A stretch of 64,000 nucleotides of DNA. Source: Gammaproteobacteria bacterium (GTDB lineage Bacteria; Pseudomonadota; Gammaproteobacteria; Eutrophobiales; Eutrophobiaceae). Shown here in pieces: positions 19,095-28,962 of this stretch; the stretch's first letter is position 1, and every line of letters begins with the position of its first letter. Location of the stretch: the NCBI GenBank assembly GCA_041689615.1, contig JBDNFW010000026.1, positions 84,282 to 148,281 on the forward strand, in the 5' to 3' direction. The notes beneath the pieces are model-generated. The model did no database searches. It was given only the letters and a program-made list of their open reading frames with translations, and was not told the DNA's origin. The position numbers were made by a program, and so were the translations under genes.

Positions 19095-20351
19095 TTGATG
19101 CCTGTAATATCAAAAAATAACTTAATAAAGATATCGATTATCTTTATTGTATTCATCATTTTTCTATCCGGTGCAACTGGCCTGATTGAAATTACTATCA
19201 GTCAGAATCCTATCTTCAGTATTAACAGTAAGCTTTTTAATTCTTCAGGTAACTATAATCTGGCACTTGGTAACATACTGCTAAGCAAAGAATTTAGCTT
19301 ATTATTGATATCTGGTTTACTGTTAACAGTTGCCTTGCCCCTATTAGCGCCATTAAAAGCATTCATACTGACCTTTGTATTATTGCTGTTTACCTTTTTT
19401 CTAGCTTCTTACAGCGCAAATGTTGGATTAATACCATTAGAATATTGCTTCTTGACCATACTGGTTATTTATATCGTTAATGTATTAATCAGTTATGTTT
19501 TTGAAATACATTCAAAACAAAAATTAATGGAAACATTTGGACAGTACATCCCGCCTCATCTCGTTAATGAATTAAGTCGGTTGCCAAAAGAACTTTCTCT
19601 GGAAGGCGAATCGAAAACACTCACCGTTTTCTTTTGCGATTTACAAAGTTTCACCAGTATTTCAGAAGAACTAAATCCAAAACAGTTGAATAGGCTACTC
19701 AATGAGTACTTTACTGTGATGACGGAGATATTGTTTAAACATGAAGGAACTATTGATAAATATATTGGTGATGCAATCATGGCTTTCTGGAATGCGCCAA
19801 CAAAACAAGATGCGCATGCCCAGCGCTCTGTTGAAGCTGCACTGGAAATGGATCTCGCTATAAAAGAACTTGCAAAAACCTTTATTACACGCGGTTGGCC
19901 TGGACTAAAGATGGGAATTGGTATTAATACAGGTCGAGCGAACGTGGGTAATATGGGTTCCAAGTATCGCATGACATATACCGCCATAGGTGATGCGGTT
20001 AATCTGGCTTCGCGCATTGAATCGCTCACCCGAACCTATCAAGTTCCGATCATTATCAGTGAACATACGCATAAACAATTAGATGGAATCTGTTGCAGAG
20101 AACTAGATCGGGTACAAGTTCGTGGAAAAAAACAATTAACCAGACTATTTCAACCCTTAGGTTATGAGCATGAAGTCGACAATCGATTAAAGGAAAAATT
20201 AATACTACATACAGAAGCGATTGAACTCTATTATGACAAAAAATATAAGAATGCCAGTCGCTTATTTAAGGAAATTTATGAATTAGATAGGGAGGATAAA
20301 TACTACAAAGCAATGCTAAAGAAAATAATGGAACAACAAGATATCGTTTAA
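19095..20351 (+). CDS. Membrane-anchored class III adenylate/guanylate cyclase
   Basis: 418 aa with about 5 N-terminal TM helices and a cyclase homology domain (FCDLQSFTS, GDAIMAFWNAP, GINTGRANVGNMGS). Confidence 0.8.
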   Translation: MMPVISKNNLIKISIIFIVFIIFLSGATGLIEITISQNPIFSINSKLFNSSGNYNLALGNILLSKEFSLLLISGLLLTVALPLLAPLKAFILTFVLLLFTFFLASYSANVGLIPLEYCFLTILVIYIVNVLISYVFEIHSKQKLMETFGQYIPPHLVNELSRLPKELSLEGESKTLTVFFCDLQSFTSISEELNPKQLNRLLNEYFTVMTEILFKHEGTIDKYIGDAIMAFWNAPTKQDAHAQRSVEAALEMDLAIKELAKTFITRGWPGLKMGIGINTGRANVGNMGSKYRMTYTAIGDAVNLASRIESLTRTYQVPIIISEHTHKQLDGICCRELDRVQVRGKKQLTRLFQPLGYEHEVDNRLKEKLILHTEAIELYYDKKYKNASRLFKEIYELDREDKYYKAMLKKIMEQQDIV

Positions 20352-20356
20352 CTTAA

Positions 20357-21082
20357 CTATTCCTGATTTTGCCGTTGTTTAATTTCTTCTAATCGTTGGC
20401 CAAGAAATTCTCTCTGATGTGGGTCTTTTAGTTCACCGCTTTCAAGTAAACCGCCAATAAGTACCATTGCACTTTCCAGTTCACCCATATCTTCCAGTAC
20501 AAAAATTTCCATTTGTTTTGCCCAATAAGGGACATTGTCACCTTTAGCATATTGTCGAATTAGCCGCGCATTTTCGAGCGCCAATTGCTTATCTTTAATT
20601 TGATGTTTAGCGACATATACTGCATGAGCCATAAATGGCCAGCGTTCATTTGGTTTTTCAATAAATCTTTCACCTGTGTAACGGATCATTTTTCTTTGCT
20701 TACCTTCATCCGATACCAGAGAATAAAATCGAATTGCTGCTAATAACGGATATTGGGTTTTATTATCAAGTTCTAATATTAGATCTAACCATTCAATCAC
20801 TCTATCGTAATTTAAATCTTTCAAAGGAATACTGATGCCAGGTTGATTATCAAACGACTGTAACCAGAGCATGCTGATTTTTGCTGCTGTAATAGGATCA
20901 TCAAGGCTAACAAGTTTTACATAAGAAGCCTGAGGGGGTTTTGGCAACTCATTACGCGTAACTTCTAACTTGCTAAACGATAAATGCCAAAGACATTGCA
21001 AAAATAGACTTAATAATAAAACAAACCAGATACTTTTAGGGACATAAGAAACATCTTTGGTTTGAGCGACATAAAGCTTCAT
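20357..21082 (-). CDS. Hypothetical signal-anchored protein, co-transcribed downstream of the ABC-2 permease
   Basis: The ORF is 20357-21127. The start was trimmed to the internal Met (MKLYVAQ...) to avoid overlapping the upstream permease. It has one TM and no recognisable domain. Confidence 0.4.
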   Translation of the reverse strand: MKLYVAQTKDVSYVPKSIWFVLLLSLFLQCLWHLSFSKLEVTRNELPKPPQASYVKLVSLDDPITAAKISMLWLQSFDNQPGISIPLKDLNYDRVIEWLDLILELDNKTQYPLLAAIRFYSLVSDEGKQRKMIRYTGERFIEKPNERWPFMAHAVYVAKHQIKDKQLALENARLIRQYAKGDNVPYWAKQMEIFVLEDMGELESAMVLIGGLLESGELKDPHQREFLGQRLEEIKQRQNQE

Positions 21083-21092
21083 ATCTTTATTT

Positions 21093-21866
21093 TTATAATT
21101 CTTTTCTATATAAATCAAACAAGGCAATACTTGATAAAAGAATAACGTAAATTAAAGTCTGGCCGGCAACTATAAGCATGTCTGCTTTTACATCAGATAA
21201 ATATATCAGCCAGCCAGTTTGTGTAAATTTATAAAGATCAGGAATGATATAAGCAATAATGTCCAGTAAGCTATTTATAAATTGATGACTGAACGTACTC
21301 GATGCAATAATTGGAGAATCACTTATTAATTGAATTGCCTCTATCGATCTGGACAGAATATAGAATGCAATCACAACACTGAATGAAATCGTAATGCTGT
21401 TAAACGAAAACAGACATAACAAACTTAATGAAATAATAATTAATAACTCACAAAATAGTGACAATGACCATAATATTACTAAATCAGCTTGAGCATAGAA
21501 ACATAAACAGCCGGCACTCATTAGTGCAATAAGAAATGCAACAACTGAAAATCCGGCAAATTTGCCAAAATAATAGGATGATCGTGGAACAGGATGTGAA
21601 AGAATCAACTCGAAGCCTTTATCATTAAATTCCCGAACCATGCTTGTAATAACAAATAAACCCATTGTAAATACAGAAAATAGTCGCAAAGCTGAAGCGA
21701 GGAGTGCTGACTGCATCTGGGCACCTTCCGTAATAGCAAGTTCACCGATAAACATTGATACTAAAAAAAGAGCAATGACACCCATAAAAATAAAGATAAG
21801 AAATTTATCCCGTATGGCTTCCCAAATTGAATATTTGGCTATTGTCAGTAATAGATTATGATTCAT
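21093..21866 (-). CDS. ABC-2-type transporter permease (about 6 TM)
   Basis: 257 aa. The N-terminus (KYSIWEAIRDKF) matches the ABC-2/NosY/GldF-type start. It is multi-pass hydrophobic. Confidence 0.55.
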   Translation of the reverse strand: MNHNLLLTIAKYSIWEAIRDKFLIFIFMGVIALFLVSMFIGELAITEGAQMQSALLASALRLFSVFTMGLFVITSMVREFNDKGFELILSHPVPRSSYYFGKFAGFSVVAFLIALMSAGCLCFYAQADLVILWSLSLFCELLIIISLSLLCLFSFNSITISFSVVIAFYILSRSIEAIQLISDSPIIASSTFSHQFINSLLDIIAYIIPDLYKFTQTGWLIYLSDVKADMLIVAGQTLIYVILLSSIALFDLYRKEL

Positions 21867-21939
21867 ATGTATAAGATTCTTTAACTTAACCCTGTAAGTT
21901 AGCTAATATAGCAAAAAACTAACGTCTAAAAGCTTATTT

Positions 21940-23631
21940 ATGACCACTTTTATACATAAATTAATTAAAAAAAGAGAACTTATTGTTCTCGTAATGATGT
22001 TAGAAATGCTGCACCTGTCAATCTGGATTGATTTTGGCAGCATCGTTTCGCGTTTATTTATGCTGAGTCATCTTGGTCTTTTTTTACTATGGCAGCCTGT
22101 GTGGCGTGGCGATGAAAAACTTAGTACTGAAAACACCATCCTTTTTATTGTTTTTACTCTTGCTCTAACTATTTGGTTAAATCTTTGGTTACTCTTTGCC
22201 TGGTTAATTCTATTAATTGGCTTTATCAGCGGTCGCGTTACTTTAGACAATAATGAAAGAACCATTTATGTCTTTGCTTTGGGATTTCTTGTAATAGAAT
22301 TGCTCTTCGCCTGTGTGCCCGAATTGGCAAATGTTAATATTGAAAACAAGCGATTCTTTTATCTTTTACTTCCTGTTCTTCCACTATTAATGCTTGTTTT
22401 TCCAAGCACAAAATCAGAACACCAAGTTCGTATGGTAGATTTCATCCACACGATAACAGCGTCCATGCTTACAAGTTTGGTTGCTCTGGGAAGTTTGTTA
22501 ATCATGTTTATCAATGAAACATCCTATTTTACTGCATTGACTCAAACTTCGGTTGCTATTGGTGGATTTATCATATGCATAAGCTGGTTAATAACATCGC
22601 AGTCTCGTTTCAGTGGTGTTACTCAATTATGGTCTAGCTACATGCTGAACATAGGAACGCCTCTTGAACAATGGTTAACTGAATTATCACGCTTTTCTCA
22701 ACAACAAAATAAACCAGAAGAATTTTTAAAAATTGCTATTAATGAATTACTAACATTAACATGGATCAATGGAATCAGGTGGGCAAGCATTGACTCAAAA
22801 GGAGAAATCGGAAAAATTACCAAACATAGTACACAGTTTAATACTAATAACCTTACCATAGATATTTATACTAATAACTTAATGGGGGGTACGTTATATG
22901 CACATTGCAACTTACTCGTACAGTTAGTTGAAAATTTTTATATCGCCAAGCTTAGAGAGAAAACACTAACACAGCAAACCCATCTAAAAGCAATTTATGA
23001 AACTGGGGCGCGAATAACACACGACATTAAGAACCTACTACAGTCGCTGCAAGCCATTACCAGTATTATTACGCATGACTCCAGTGGTTCCAGTCTTGAA
23101 GTATCACAACAAGTCTTAAAAAGACAATTACCAAATTTAACTCAACGATTGCAACTGGCATTAGATAAATTACAAACGCCTGAAGATTATGATATAGAAG
23201 AAATTTATCTTAAAGACTGGTGGGCTGATATTAAGAAAAGAAATTCACATAATAAAAAAATAGTACTCCAACAAGAAATTCACACTGACCCAACTATCCC
23301 TGTCGATTTATTTGATAGCGTCGTTGATAATTTACTTGAGAACATTCAGGCCAAGCAAATGAACGAACCAGAAATTGATATCACAATCACCCTTGTTTGT
23401 AATGAAAATATGATCAGTGTCACTGTTTGTGACTCAGGCAACATGATTCCAGAAAATATTTCCAGAGAGTTATTATCAAGTGTTATTAGATCCGATAATG
23501 GATTAGGTATCGGTTTATATCAGGCAAGTAAGCATGCTGGAAAATTTGGTTACGATTTAAAATTGGTTAATAACCAACACGGGAGAGTTTGTTTCGAATT
23601 AACTTCACAACAATATAATGAGAATGACTAA
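21940..23631 (+). CDS. Polytopic sensor histidine kinase (PilS-like; about 6-7 TM N-terminal domain)
   Basis: 563 aa with an H-box (ITHDIKNLLQSLQAI) and an HATPase_c G-box (DNGLGIGLY). No cognate response regulator is adjacent. It is convergent with the pilus operon. Confidence 0.75.
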   Translation: MTTFIHKLIKKRELIVLVMMLEMLHLSIWIDFGSIVSRLFMLSHLGLFLLWQPVWRGDEKLSTENTILFIVFTLALTIWLNLWLLFAWLILLIGFISGRVTLDNNERTIYVFALGFLVIELLFACVPELANVNIENKRFFYLLLPVLPLLMLVFPSTKSEHQVRMVDFIHTITASMLTSLVALGSLLIMFINETSYFTALTQTSVAIGGFIICISWLITSQSRFSGVTQLWSSYMLNIGTPLEQWLTELSRFSQQQNKPEEFLKIAINELLTLTWINGIRWASIDSKGEIGKITKHSTQFNTNNLTIDIYTNNLMGGTLYAHCNLLVQLVENFYIAKLREKTLTQQTHLKAIYETGARITHDIKNLLQSLQAITSIITHDSSGSSLEVSQQVLKRQLPNLTQRLQLALDKLQTPEDYDIEEIYLKDWWADIKKRNSHNKKIVLQQEIHTDPTIPVDLFDSVVDNLLENIQAKQMNEPEIDITITLVCNENMISVTVCDSGNMIPENISRELLSSVIRSDNGLGIGLYQASKHAGKFGYDLKLVNNQHGRVCFELTSQQYNEND

Positions 23632-24419
23632 GGTAATACTTCTGCCTTAACCATTCTATTCATCAATATATTCGGTGAAATCCACATTACAATATCATCA
23701 AACTCACAAAGCACATTAGACTCATCAGCATCATCCGTACAACCTGCCGCACCTTCAGAAAAGCTGCGCGAATAAAAATTATTATTTGTATTCGCATCAT
23801 CATTTTCAGCTTCATCAGTAAGCGGCGTAGTTGCTGTCAATACCGTATTATTAATCGTTGTCGCACCTAAACTATTTCTTCCGTGTGAAACAATAACTGC
23901 GGGAACTAAAGTTGCGGCTGTGAATGGTGTCTTAGACTCAATAGCACCACCATTATTAGCATCTCCCCGGCTTAATATAGTTATACCCCCCAATGTCTGA
24001 CATAAATCAAAGTCTCCAGCAGCCCCAGCATCATTAGAGCAAATACCATTATCAAAGGTCGTAAATGCAGGAGTATTTACATGATATTTAAATCGATTTC
24101 CCCAAACATCGCCTTGAATGCTTAATCCCAAGGTCTGCCACGGCAACCAACCATCTCCTGTTGCTGCCGTACATGTTCCCGATGTTGTTGGATCAGAAAC
24201 ACCATCACCATTGGTATCTGGACATGGTAAATATCTATTAATAACAGCGAACCCATATAAGGATTCCATAATGTCATTCATCGTATCTATAGTTTGTTGT
24301 CGTTCCTGTGACTCTATCTGCGTACCAACCGGTCCTAATAATCCGACCATAAGTAAACTAATAATGAATAGAACGACAGAAAGTTCTATTAAGGTAAAAC
24401 CATGTATTTTTTTATTCAT
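23628..24419 (-). CDS. Type IV pilin / pseudopilin-like protein (prepilin N-terminal motif), last gene of the pilus operon
   Basis: MNKKIHG|FTLIELSVVLFIISLL. 263 aa, Cys-rich and Thr/Gly/Asn-rich at the C-terminus. Confidence 0.75.
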   Translation of the reverse strand: MNKKIHGFTLIELSVVLFIISLLMVGLLGPVGTQIESQERQQTIDTMNDIMESLYGFAVINRYLPCPDTNGDGVSDPTTSGTCTAATGDGWLPWQTLGLSIQGDVWGNRFKYHVNTPAFTTFDNGICSNDAGAAGDFDLCQTLGGITILSRGDANNGGAIESKTPFTAATLVPAVIVSHGRNSLGATTINNTVLTATTPLTDEAENDDANTNNNFYSRSFSEGAAGCTDDADESNVLCEFDDIVMWISPNILMNRMVKAEVLP

Positions 24420-26231
24420 TTATGGTCCCGTTGAAATTACACGTGTTTGGTCATTATATATATTCGTAGGGGTATTTTTTAAAAAAGTATCATCAAGATT
24501 AGTATTCTCAATATTATCAAAATAATCCGTTAATAAACCGCTAGGTCTTGCTGCATTAAGATCACCACCAGCAGATAATACGTTAGCGCGGACATTATTT
24601 ATTAACGTACCATTTCTATTCACTGTAAGACATGCTGTGACAAGAGACAGACAATCTTGTCCTGCCGCAGTATCTCCTGGCAAGGGCTCACCTGATGCAT
24701 AAGCGACATAAATCAAATTCTGCCAATCATTAGCAACAAACCATTCAGGTAATTCACTATCATCAATATCCAAGTCATATTGAATTCCTGTAGCTCTGAA
24801 ACTACCTGTAGTACCCGCTACGAAGTTTATAGAGCCTCCACCTATCGTGCTTATTATTGGAGTTAAACAATCTCCAGGAGTACCTCCTGTATAAACGTCT
24901 CGAACCTCGACTGCATTATTCTGGACAGGAAGATCATTTAAACTGACATCGCGTGTTCTTGTAACGAGGTTTGTTGGATTATTGACGCTTGCAGTTCCTA
25001 AGTATTCTGGAATGTTAACATTGTAATTTCTGGTACAAGTAGCGTTTCCACATCCTTGATCACAAACTACAGTTGACATCAATACCCAACCAGCGGTGGC
25101 ACAATCGACTGTATCTTTATTTGTCCAAGTGCAATCAACTGGTGGCGTTGTTACCTGTGTTATTTGAGGATATAAAGGATCAATACAATCGACATTTCTT
25201 AGACAATCTGCCGGTAATGTACCCCATGGAAAATTGCTAGTCGTCGCTGTGCCAGGGTCGGTATGCCATATCCATCCAACCGCTGATTGAAAAGGGTTTC
25301 TTCCAACAATATTCGAACCTGCACCCACTTCGACAGAATCTGGATCATTCGACCAATGGTAGGGTAAATGTCCCTGCACTGTATTTAATGTGCCTCTGAA
25401 TGTTGACACAGATGGATCTGCAAAAGGACTTAACCACGGATAAGCTGCATATGTAGCTTGATAATCATTTATAGTATTTTGTACGTCAGTGAGTACTCTT
25501 TTCTCAACCAAAGTCATTAATTCCAGGCGAGTAATAGTTACAAGTTTGTCATTAAAAATATTTGAATCCCCAGTTGCATCTCTGGTGACAAAGTTTGCAT
25601 CAAGATCATTATTGTCGGCTTCAAGATAATTACTTATTTCAACAGTTATATCTGTTATGGAAGGATCTCTATTTTGACCGATGACTGGTTCGCCAGGTGC
25701 AAGAATAATCGCGACGATATCATCAATATCACCATCCGCCACAACATCAATAACACCATTAATATTTACATCTATATTAAGTTGACCAGGTGTATCACTA
25801 TTTAATGGTTGTAATCCAGCAAAATTTCGAAAATTATCTGAAAGTACATACCATAATTTTTGTCCGCTAGCGTCCTTTAGTTCACTTACATTTAATGTTT
25901 CATTTGGAAACCTTCCGATTGTTCGATTGGTAGGACCAGCCAATGCACATCCACCTTCTGCATCACCATCATTATCAAGATCCGGGCAAGGCAAATATCC
26001 AGGACTTGCATTAGCATTGATTTTATCTGGATAGGTTATCGCATACCCCATTAGTACTTGCTTTGCTTCTGCTAAAACTCTACTTGTTACTAAATCTCTT
26101 GTGTATGGTTTTCTTGCATTGTTTAATTTACTTACCAAAGCATAAGATACAGCAGAAACAAGAAGCAACATAAAAATCAACATCGCGGCACCATGCTGTG
26201 ATTTATATTTGACTGTAAAACTTAAGGTCAT
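24420..26231 (-). CDS. PilX-N-terminal-domain protein (minor pilin-like / putative tip adhesin-like)
   Basis: 603 aa. It has an N-terminal hydrophobic segment (HGAAMLIFMLLLVSAVSYAL) without Glu5, as in PilX/MshP-like proteins. The rest is a large Asn/Thr/Gly-rich domain. Confidence 0.45.
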   Translation of the reverse strand: MTLSFTVKYKSQHGAAMLIFMLLLVSAVSYALVSKLNNARKPYTRDLVTSRVLAEAKQVLMGYAITYPDKINANASPGYLPCPDLDNDGDAEGGCALAGPTNRTIGRFPNETLNVSELKDASGQKLWYVLSDNFRNFAGLQPLNSDTPGQLNIDVNINGVIDVVADGDIDDIVAIILAPGEPVIGQNRDPSITDITVEISNYLEADNNDLDANFVTRDATGDSNIFNDKLVTITRLELMTLVEKRVLTDVQNTINDYQATYAAYPWLSPFADPSVSTFRGTLNTVQGHLPYHWSNDPDSVEVGAGSNIVGRNPFQSAVGWIWHTDPGTATTSNFPWGTLPADCLRNVDCIDPLYPQITQVTTPPVDCTWTNKDTVDCATAGWVLMSTVVCDQGCGNATCTRNYNVNIPEYLGTASVNNPTNLVTRTRDVSLNDLPVQNNAVEVRDVYTGGTPGDCLTPIISTIGGGSINFVAGTTGSFRATGIQYDLDIDDSELPEWFVANDWQNLIYVAYASGEPLPGDTAAGQDCLSLVTACLTVNRNGTLINNVRANVLSAGGDLNAARPSGLLTDYFDNIENTNLDDTFLKNTPTNIYNDQTRVISTGP

Positions 26232-26243
26232 GACCTTTTAAAT

Positions 26244-26753
26244 TTACAGGCTACCTTTGAGGTCTACTGTATCAACGATATCCGTTTCTATAGGTGCAGG
26301 ATTAACGATATCCCTTTCTATTGGTTCAGGAGTAAAGGCTTCTCCAACTCTTAGTTCAACTTTGGTGCTATCATCAGGCATAATAATAGTAACTTGATCA
26401 GATTTAATTTTGTTATCCGGCACTTGAATAAACTGTGAATCCAAATCTCCTTCAAAAGTATTACTATCATTAACCCATGCCGTATTTTTTCCATCACTAC
26501 GGTGAACAAGTCCTCTTAAAGTGATTGAATCACGAATCACTGTCTCTTTTTTAATGAGTTCAGGTTCTTCCACATTTTTGACTTCTTCTATTACAACTTT
26601 TTTGGGTTCTTTCTTTATCAACCTTATTTTTTCCAGCTTTAGTCTTTCTTCAGCTGAAGTAAATAGCCTACCCAAGTTATCTGCATAAACTGGCTGTATA
26701 AAAATATAACTACAGATAACCAAGAATAATTGGCGCTGACAATAAATTTTCAT
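26244..26753 (-). CDS. MshK/PilP-like pilus biogenesis protein
   Basis: 169 aa, signal peptide. Assignment rests on position after the MshJ-like gene. Confidence 0.4.
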   Translation of the reverse strand: MKIYCQRQLFLVICSYIFIQPVYADNLGRLFTSAEERLKLEKIRLIKKEPKKVVIEEVKNVEEPELIKKETVIRDSITLRGLVHRSDGKNTAWVNDSNTFEGDLDSQFIQVPDNKIKSDQVTIIMPDDSTKVELRVGEAFTPEPIERDIVNPAPIETDIVDTVDLKGSL

Positions 26754-27379
26754 CCTATCTTAATCTCCTGACCGCCAACTAGATTTATAGTTATCCAATG
26801 CAATAAACAGGATGCAGAAATATTCGCATGATCTTTTTCAAATTGAATTTTATTGCCATTCATTCTGAAAGTGCATTCGGACAATGTATAGATTCCTTCT
26901 GCAGACTGATTTAGATAATCGAGCAATTTAAATAAATCTCCTTCATGCAACAAGCCTAAATTAAGCTCCATACTGCTACGATAAAGCGTATAACCGCTAT
27001 AGTTGATGCTGTACTCGGGGATATGTTCTTCTTGAGAATTTATCGAATATGTTAATAAAGGCAGTTTGACATTTTCTCCCGCTTGTCTTAACGCTTCTAT
27101 CCAATTCAATCTTTTTTCATGACCTATAATGCCTTGATTATATAACTTAACAAATTGTGGATAGTAATTATGCAGCAATTTTTCTTCCTGATCTACGTCC
27201 AGGTATCGTCGACTGATAGACTGAAAAATACTCTTATTATTAATATATTCTTTATTTAAGTTGCTATTAAAATAATAACTTGAACCTATTAGGGTACTCG
27301 CAATAACAAGACAGACACAAAATATAATGAGTGGGCCTTTCAAGATACTCCAGTCTATTTCATTTTTCTTTTCCATCAA
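26750..27379 (-). CDS. MshJ/PilO-like inner-membrane pilus assembly protein
   Basis: 209 aa with a single N-terminal TM then a periplasmic domain. Its position and size fit MshJ. Confidence 0.45.
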   Translation of the reverse strand: MMEKKNEIDWSILKGPLIIFCVCLVIASTLIGSSYYFNSNLNKEYINNKSIFQSISRRYLDVDQEEKLLHNYYPQFVKLYNQGIIGHEKRLNWIEALRQAGENVKLPLLTYSINSQEEHIPEYSINYSGYTLYRSSMELNLGLLHEGDLFKLLDYLNQSAEGIYTLSECTFRMNGNKIQFEKDHANISASCLLHWITINLVGGQEIKIG

Positions 27380-28962
27380 TTCACTCCGACCACGGCTCTT
27401 AACGAAAACAAAGCTGTTTTGCCTTTAGACCGGGTATTTCCTTGTAAAGTAGCCTTTGAACTTATATCAAGAGGAAATGATTCAATACTAACTGAGTATG
27501 CTGAATCAAAACCGCTAAGTGTCTCAGCAAACTCATTCACCATGGCTATTGCTTCACGATAATTGCCATCAAATGGTTCGATGTGTGCGCTTAGATTAGA
27601 TATCTGATAATACTTCACTTGATTAATATCATTCACTATATCTACCGGCAAATTATCGCTATTGTCTTCTACTGCAGTGCCTTTATTCGGATCAAGACTA
27701 AAAATCCAATCTATATCATCCAATTTTATTTTCGGATATTGTTCCAAGCCCTTACCCAAAAAACTCAACATCTCATGGGGAGTCGATTTATATTCTTCCA
27801 ATGTTGCTACAGCATCAACTGCCACTTTAATCTGTGCTGGCTCGACCGGAGTTTTTGGCAAGCGTTCTCTGGCAAGATCGTATCGAACCTGGTAGAAGTC
27901 AGCCTTATTTTTCGATGACTCACTCTCCTGCTTATATGTCAGTCCACCCATAAAATTCAAACCGCTATATATAACACTAACAAATAATAATGTGGCACTG
28001 GCAACATTCATAGCATGCCGCATATTACGCATTTTTAAGTAACGCATCTCACTAGAAGAAGCGTAGCAATTTTTAACCTGATCTTTCAATAGGTGGCAAA
28101 GCAGTAATTGATCGCTGAATGGAACCGTTTGCACAGCACTTTTTTGAATAGACTCTAGTAATTTATTTACATCGTAATAATGCCGCTTTAGCATTCGTGC
28201 TGAAACTTTTCTTTTTTCTAATTCATCCAAAGTTGTTTTATCAGCTATCACGTATACATCTAAAGAAGTGTCATTCGGTATTAAGCGCAGACTGTTAAGA
28301 TAACGCTGAATTTTTTCAACCTCGGATTCGATTCTTGGTGCGTACGACTCGGTTCCGAAACGCGGTAATTTTGAAAGACGACTGATCTTTAATTCTTTCT
28401 TATGAAAAAAAGTCTGCCTCAACCCACTGATACTCTGCATCGTTACAATCAATGCGTGATCCGAAATATCCGGTAAGGTTTTAATATAGGATTGGAGTAA
28501 CAAAGGAACAGAAAGCATGCCCTTTAATGGCACTTTATATTTATCGAGTAACTCTATCCAGGGTTCTACTATGTCCTGTTTAGTTAACGCAACGAACAAT
28601 AAACGATCATCGCGACGCCCTTCTACTTCACGACCTTGACTTTGCACATAGACATAATCAGCATCTCGGAACAAGCGAGATTGTTTACGCTCAATCAATG
28701 CTGTTCTATCTGAACCAAAAACATGAGGGATAGTATCTTGCCGAAACTCTTCTTCAATGACGTCAACTAAAATAGTCATTGGTGTATTTTCAGTCTCTTT
28801 CAAGTACCGTTCAAAATTGTTACGCCCAGCATCATCGATATCAAACATGTATGAACTACCAAGCTCGCCTTTATCCCAGTGGTACACGGATACCTTATCA
28901 GCACTAATAAAGAGTGCGCGTCTGTTAAAAAAATCAGATTTTGACTTTTGTAATGAGATCAT
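27376..28962 (-). CDS. MshI-like pilus assembly protein (PilM-like N-terminus fused to a TM + PilN-like C-terminus)
   Basis: 528 aa. It has a cytoplasmic N-terminal domain, a TM at about aa 330-350, then a periplasmic domain. This architecture is typical of MshI. Confidence 0.45.
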   Translation of the reverse strand: MISLQKSKSDFFNRRALFISADKVSVYHWDKGELGSSYMFDIDDAGRNNFERYLKETENTPMTILVDVIEEEFRQDTIPHVFGSDRTALIERKQSRLFRDADYVYVQSQGREVEGRRDDRLLFVALTKQDIVEPWIELLDKYKVPLKGMLSVPLLLQSYIKTLPDISDHALIVTMQSISGLRQTFFHKKELKISRLSKLPRFGTESYAPRIESEVEKIQRYLNSLRLIPNDTSLDVYVIADKTTLDELEKRKVSARMLKRHYYDVNKLLESIQKSAVQTVPFSDQLLLCHLLKDQVKNCYASSSEMRYLKMRNMRHAMNVASATLLFVSVIYSGLNFMGGLTYKQESESSKNKADFYQVRYDLARERLPKTPVEPAQIKVAVDAVATLEEYKSTPHEMLSFLGKGLEQYPKIKLDDIDWIFSLDPNKGTAVEDNSDNLPVDIVNDINQVKYYQISNLSAHIEPFDGNYREAIAMVNEFAETLSGFDSAYSVSIESFPLDISSKATLQGNTRSKGKTALFSLRAVVGVN

